From Coniocarpon cinnabarinum (Eukaryota), in NCBI GenBank assembly GCA_051942205.1, contig JAVECO010000092.1:1-64000 (forward strand): a stretch of 64,000 bases of DNA. The letters run 5' to 3'. How positions within the stretch are numbered: the first letter of the stretch is position 1; each line of letters starts with the position of its first letter. Below, one piece after another: positions 58,051 through 64,000 of the stretch. The position numbers and the translations under genes were made by a program. The notes beneath the pieces are model-generated. The model searched no databases. It was not told where the DNA came from and saw only the letters and a list, made by a program, of their open reading frames with translations.

Positions 58051-58902
58051 ATGTCAGCGCAGCTTTTGCAACGCGTGGGCACCCTCATCTTCTCGTACTT
58101 TAGCCAGACGCTCTCGAACCCTCACAAAATCGCAGAATTTCTAGCGACTTGCTTTTTGACCCAGCTCTGCACTGAGACCTTAAGTCACGAGTCGGAAAAG
58201 ATCGAATTCTCCAGCAGCGCGTCTGACAGCTTAACGAAAGCAGATCAGCCTACTCATGAAGACTCTACTAATGTGGACACAGCACATTCCACTATCGCAG
58301 CGGCAGAAAATGCAAAAGAGATAGTCGTGCAGTGTTTGCCGCCGCAGCCATTATTTAGCCGGCTAGCTGTCAACTCAGATGGAGGCGAGGCAGATTTACG
58401 CTCTGAGCACCTTGCCACACCGCATGATCCTTCCCGCGCACAGGACAACACTTCCCAACCTTGCCTCGACCAGCGCCCAAGTCTCCCTGGCGAGCTGCTG
58501 CTCCACATCGCCTCCTTCACCACTTCCTCGACAGCTCTCCTCAACCTGGCTTTGACCTGTCGTCTGCTCACAGTGCCTTGTCTCCGCGCCCGCGACGTCA
58601 TCCCGCATAGCTACCGCATTTTCTTACCACCCCGTTACATCGAACAGCGCAGGTCCATTTGCACCTTTCTCGACGTTGGAACAGATCCATACTATCACGC
58701 CATTGCGTGTGGAGATCACTCGTGGTTCTTTGACGTGACCATCGGGCTTGGGGTGGCGCGGGAGTTCAAGCAAAAGTGGGAAGAGAGTTGCCTGCGATTA
58801 TTGGAGCGCGCAGAGGAGCAGGAGCAGGGTCTAGGACTGAAGTTTGAAGGGTGGGGATGGAAGAGGCTTGCCCGGGCAAAAGGGTTCGAGGAGAGTGCGT
58901 GA
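58051..58902 (+). CDS. F-box domain protein, 283 aa
   Basis: SLPGELLLHIASFTTSSTALLNLALTCRLL fits the F-box consensus. Confidence 0.7.
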   Translation: MSAQLLQRVGTLIFSYFSQTLSNPHKIAEFLATCFLTQLCTETLSHESEKIEFSSSASDSLTKADQPTHEDSTNVDTAHSTIAAAENAKEIVVQCLPPQPLFSRLAVNSDGGEADLRSEHLATPHDPSRAQDNTSQPCLDQRPSLPGELLLHIASFTTSSTALLNLALTCRLLTVPCLRARDVIPHSYRIFLPPRYIEQRRSICTFLDVGTDPYYHAIACGDHSWFFDVTIGLGVAREFKQKWEESCLRLLERAEEQEQGLGLKFEGWGWKRLARAKGFEESA

Positions 58903-59865
58903 GGCTGCCCATGCTGCCGAGCTTTCGGTTTGCTGCGCTGTTTCCGCAGGCAGCCACCGGAAGAAGCACTTCAGATCGCTCTGCACCACCCATTGTAAGG
59001 CATCGATCTCCACGATACTGCACTCAAGAGCTCTTGCCAGCAACACTTTGTCCAGGAACAAGCACACAAGCCAAGCTTCTCCATCATCTCCCCTTCTACC
59101 GAGCATCCGAGCACGACGGATTGGTGATAGCAGCATGCGGTCTGACAGGGTCATGCCCAAGACACGACTATCTGATCTCCACCGGCAGCAAACAAGATTA
59201 CGCCAATATCACCACAAATCCAGGCCGAAGAGCCATTCGACCAACGAACCAATGGCAGCCCCCGACTTTTGGCCCCCTGTCGAGCATCTCCACTTGCAGA
59301 CATCTGTCAGACCACGCTAATGCGACTCAAAATTTAAGCTTATCCTCAGTGCTGGGATCATCGCCCGGCTGCTCCATGTCCCGGTGGGCCTCCTCTTTGC
59401 CTCCCCTGGTGTCATTGGACGACGTCAGTGACAAGACGCTGCCGATGCGCCGATCGCAACGTGAGAATCTCGTCGGGTTCCAGCGCCTCAAAGTCATGAC
59501 TTGGCTCTAGCCCCTCTGGCCGCGCTACCACCCGCCTTCTCCGCACTGTGACTTCCTCGGGACAAGCGCTTTTCGAAAAGCGACTGGAATAGGAAGGCTC
59601 TCATCTGTTTCGGGTATGCAGAGGAAGCCAATGATGACAGAGGCGTTGAGGAACGTGCCCGGACTCTGTTCCGTCGCAAACGCTTGTGCCTTGGCTTTCA
59701 TGTTCATTTGCTTAGGACTCGACGCCATTGTTCTCATTGGTTGCTGTCACTGACGGTGGCTGCTTGGTAAGATGACTCGTTCGTGAGTCCAACAAGGACG
59801 CATGCATGCAATGGGAGGAAGGGAGCATCTCTCTCGGTGCAGTGGCGCACTGGCTGCGCTTGAGC

Positions 59866-59873
59866 TATAAAAT
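59866..59873 (+). promoter_or_regulatory. TATA box upstream of the Rds1-like gene
   Basis: TATAAAAT about 165 bp upstream of ATG 60035. Confidence 0.45.
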
Positions 59874-60034
59874 ATGACCTGAGTACTCTCACCCTGAGGT
59901 TTTGTTTTTCTGCAGCTTGCCTCGCAATTTCAATCCCACGAAGCAGCTCGTCTCCTTGCCATACTCACATCAATATCAGACTATTTTCGTAATCTCTAAT
60001 TAGATTTCACTCATCTTCCACCCAGTCAGGCAAG

Positions 60035-61080
60035 ATGATGAAATCCTTCCTCCTCAGCGGCCTCCTGGCCAGCACCACCTTCGCCACCCCTCTTCCTGAA
60101 ATCAAGCGCTCAATGATCAAGCGTCAAGCTCCTGCCATCACCGACGCTGACATCCTCAACTATGCCTTGACGCTGGAGCACCTCGAAGACAAGTTCTACC
60201 GCGAGGCTCTCGCCAACTACACCATGGCCGACTTCCAGGCTGCTGGCTACGATGAGACCTTCTACAACAACCTGAAGGAGATCTCCGCAGATGAGCAGAC
60301 GCATGTGTCTTTCTTGACGACGGCACTGCAAGCTGCTGGCGCGACCCCAGTGCAGGAATGTACCTATGCCTTCCCTGCGACGGATGTGAAGAGCTTTTTG
60401 GCTCTCAGTCAGGTGCTGGAGGGTGTGGGTGTCAGTGCTTACCTAGGTGCTGCCGGAGGTATGTTTTCATCACCACCTGATTTTGTCCGACACAAAACGT
60501 TTCCCTATCTTTGTTGTGTCATCGAGGAAACTTCATCACGAGCCTGACTGACATTTTACTGTTAGACATCATGAACAAGACCTACCTCGGTGCCGCCGGC
60601 TCCATCCTCACGGTCGAAGCCCGCCACTCCGCCTACATCCGCTCAGCAGGGAACAAGCTCTCGCCCTTCCCCTCTGCCTTCGACATCCCCCTCGACTTGG
60701 ACGAGGTCTACACCCTCGCCGCTCCCTTCATCGCCTCCTGCCCTCAAGACAACCCCATGCTCCCCGTCAAGGCCTTCCCGAGCTTGACCTCCGACGCTTC
60801 GAACCCGACGCTGCCCTGCCCCGGCGACACCGTCACGTTCGACCTCGGCGCTGGCTGTGACCTCACGGGCAAGACCGTGTACGGCGCTTGGATCAGTGCC
60901 ACCGGGCCTGTTTTCGTGCCCGTCACCGTCCAGGGTGATAAGGTCTCGGCCATGATTCCGGCAATGGGCATCAATGGACAGAGCTACTTTGTGCTTACGA
61001 GCGATGGGTCAACGGTGACGGATGACAATGTCCTCGCTGGCCCGGCTTTCATCGAGGTCGCGCCCATGGGTGCGGCGTAG
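60035..61080 (+). CDS. Secreted ferritin-like (Rds1-type) stress-response protein; intron 60459-60565
   Basis: Signal peptide plus KR site, [34 protein letters not shown] and [13 protein letters not shown]. Strong C-ending codon bias. Confidence 0.88.
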
Positions 61081-62292
61081 AGTCAATAACTCTTGATACC
61101 CTCGTGGATGTGAGAATAAGGGGCCAGAATCGTGTGGTGTGTAGCAGTGGTAATTAGAACGAAGAAAATTTCTCGTGCAGTCTGCTTGTCTCTTTGACGA
61201 TCGTGCTGATATTACACATGTGATGCAGCTAGCACAAAATTCCTACGCGTTGAGAAGTGCCACTGATGCTACGTAATAGCCCTGCCCTACGATTCATAAA
61301 TACCTCACTCAGAGCAGTGAAGACGATGTGGTGTTTCACTTTAGTGAATGCATTCATAATTTACTGTTACGCCTGTTCACTCCGTCACAGCAGCTGGTGA
61401 TTCCCAGACAAAGACGTCAAAATCCTATCAGAGGTGCGAAAGGAGGTTTTGAAGAGTGGAAGTCAGGCAGGAGCTAAGCTGGCGAATCTCGTCGCAGTCG
61501 TGTTGCGTTACACTGCCGAGTAATGATGTACGTTCGCACAACGCTATTGTGCTCTGCCCTTGGACTTTGAAGAGTGCTCTTCTTTGCTATTGCTGATGTC
61601 CCCTCGTGAAACCGACACGTGACAGCCTCTCTATGGCGCAGCTACCTGTCCGGGCAGGTCCTCATCTGTTCTGGCTCCTCCTACTTTCTCCCATAGCACC
61701 CATACTGTCCTTCTACACGTCGACTTTGGCTTCAGACTTTTCTTTCTATGCTTAAGGATCATCTGAGGAGTCTCTAGTGAGTGCCTCTGTACACAAGCTC
61801 TGGACATCGTCATGCGCAGAGTAAGGTGGAGTATCACAGTATTGATTAGGATTGATTCTTGACCGAGACTCGCTAAACCATACTAGGTGTCTCAGGATCG
61901 AAGTCCTCACGTCCACTCTCTTTTTCAATTGGTTCGAGAAGGCTTCCCGTTAGACGTCACTCCCGAAGATCGGTAATGTTGCCAGAGTGTCGGGCACCGT
62001 AAGCAAAGATTAGCGGTCCAGACAGAGCACAAGTCGCTCACTCCACCAATCACGACACCGTCACTGTCGAGTGCCTGTGACCTGTTCATGTATGCGCTGC
62101 ATGTGTAGTATGCTATCGGCTGCATAAGTCTACTATTGGCGGCGATACGAGAGCTTTGGGGCCAAGTGATGTTTTTCGTCGTTGCATCGCGAGGCTGTGT
62201 TGCAGCACGTAGGTGGGTTGTCTTTGGGCATAAGATACCAGTAGCCTTCATGCTTTCACGTTGAGGGCATTTGTTGGAATTGGAAGCGCGCG

Positions 62293-63680
62293 ATGTTGGA
62301 CGCATGCGTCGCTTACCAGTACGGCACATGCCCAGATTCTATTGACCCTGACCCGGATGTCGCTGGCATTGGAGTATAGGCCTTAGTTGCTCGGCCACCA
62401 GATCGGTGCTGACCAAAAACAGGTGGTCTCTGCTTTTGCTATTGCAGCATCATTGAGTGTGTCAATGGCAGTGCTTATGCTCCTCTCCGGAGAAGTCAGT
62501 CATTACCGCAAAGACTATGTGAGTAAAGCGGTGGCCGATAACTTTAGGTGGGTGCTGTTTCTCTTCCGCAACAGCTGTCCACATGCGCTCCTCTCAACTC
62601 TAAATCATGCGGCAGTAAATCCGTGGCAATCGGTCATGTCGCGACTGAACAACTTCCATCTACTACCCGCTCCACGTGAAAACATCTCTTGGGCCAGATA
62701 CGGCAGACAAGTGAAATTTATCTGGAGCGATCAGATGCTAGTATCCTGCATCGCACTTCTGTCGATCGCGTTCGCCAAGCGACGAACGATGTCCTTGTAT
62801 CACTTCAGTGTGCTGACGGACCTCGCTTGGTTAGCAGCCAACGCGCACCTGGTCACGATTCCTATTCTGCTTCCAACGCTACGCGAGAGCAACTTGCAGC
62901 GCTGGTTTCGTGTTTTGGGAATGCTGGCAGCCTTTCTCTTACTCCTCGTGACGTCGGTTGAAAGCGCCAACTATTACTGGAACCCAGATAATTTTACTTG
63001 CGTCGCAGAATGTGTGTTCCTGAGCGAAGATCCCACATTCATCATCAAAGGCTCTGCTCTTGACTGGTGCGTTGTGAACATTCTATTGTTACTCTGGGAC
63101 TATATCACGATGTCGTGGTTGATACTATCACCCCAGCAGGGAAAAGTGAGAATCAAACTCGACAGCTTTTTCAACGCCTGGATCGCTTCCATTCACGGCC
63201 AAGGAAGTTACAGCTCGATAGGGGGCCACCAGTTGCAGAACTTGCAGCCAGCAGCTGCCTCGGGCGCTACACGTGGACAACCACCGGCGCCGAGCACAGC
63301 GCTGTCCCCGACGCGGATTAGGCGGTGTTACATTCACGCGGTCAGGATACTTCAGTCATTTATCCACTTCCTCGACTCGTACGCCTTTCAAACGCTAGGA
63401 GAAGTAGCATGGCTCGCGGTGGGACTGTATTGGCTCAAATATGACCGAAGCTTTGCCCCCGAGAAGGAGAACGAATGGGGCGTGGGGCAAGTCCTTCCAC
63501 TGATATTGCTCTTAGTGCCTGTATTGAGCATGTTGGAAATCCTTGATGGTCTGCTCCCCCGTTTTCGTTTCTCTTCTCTTCCTCTCCAGCCTTAGTTGCT
63601 TGTTGATGCAAACTTACTAACACGTCAATGCAGACATGACTCGAGACAATAAGAAAGAAGGATCTCATACTCCCATTTGA
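62293..63680 (+). CDS. Uncharacterised fungal polytopic membrane protein; exons 62293-62373, 62423-63548, ~63634-63680
   Basis: DPDVAGIG-VVSAF, SDQMLVSCIALL, SLYHFSVLTDLAWL and ENEWGVGQVLPLILLL are motifs of a widespread uncharacterised Pezizomycotina family. Canonical splice signals. Confidence 0.75.
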
Positions 63681-64000
63681 GAAGGTAGCTCTTCGGGGGG
63701 TTTCTTGAGAAAATAGCGACTTGTACTCTTAGTATTGTGTTATTCTGGCTCGGCGCACTACTCTTATAATTTGATACGGTGCTCTTCATTGATATCGACG
63801 GCGCACATTGACGATATCTGAGTCCTTGACAGAACTGTAAAATAATCGTATAGGACAACGCGCAGATCCGTGCACCAAATATCGGCCAGGTGCGCCTTCG
63901 ACGACGACGTTACAGTGATTTGTAGGATTTTTGTATAGCACACTCGAAGTCATAAACGTCAATACCACGCGTTCTGGTGTTCTTCCCTGATGCCATCTTC

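Noticed and set aside
58844..59737. ORFs of 158 and 219 aa downstream of the F-box gene
   Set aside because: Mutually overlapping, Ser/Arg-rich, no motifs; probably non-coding.

Overview
Filamentous ascomycete (Pezizomycotina) genomic DNA, judged from GT-AG introns with CTAAC/CTGAC branch sites and fungal orthologues. There are three zones. (i) 1-~355 is an AT-rich tract with a RIP-type dinucleotide signature. (ii) ~400-18900 is an accessory-looking island: orphan ORFs, a C2H2 finger protein, a stand-alone URB1/Npa1 C-terminal domain, a GNAT acetyltransferase, a P450, a decaying aldo-keto reductase and, most notably, a head-to-head pair of a ~1245-aa CHAT (caspase-like) protease and a 280-aa gasdermin-like pore-former with a candidate Leu|Gly cleavage site. 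This pair is a probable protease-activated cell-death/immunity module. (iii) 18964-63680 is mostly core genes: NBP35, nirA/nit-4, POL32, RAD18, COA2-like, PPH3, a PIR wall protein, an MFS carrier, RPC37, an aspartic protease, SEC1, SUV3, PRP22, TVP15, an eIF4E-binding protein, an F-box protein, an Rds1-like protein and a membrane protein. Gene-structure oddities include a 2-nt micro-exon in the nirA zinc cluster, a GC-AG intron, a 721-nt intron and an apparently S1-less Prp22. All family calls are from motif recognition by eye; no database searches were run.
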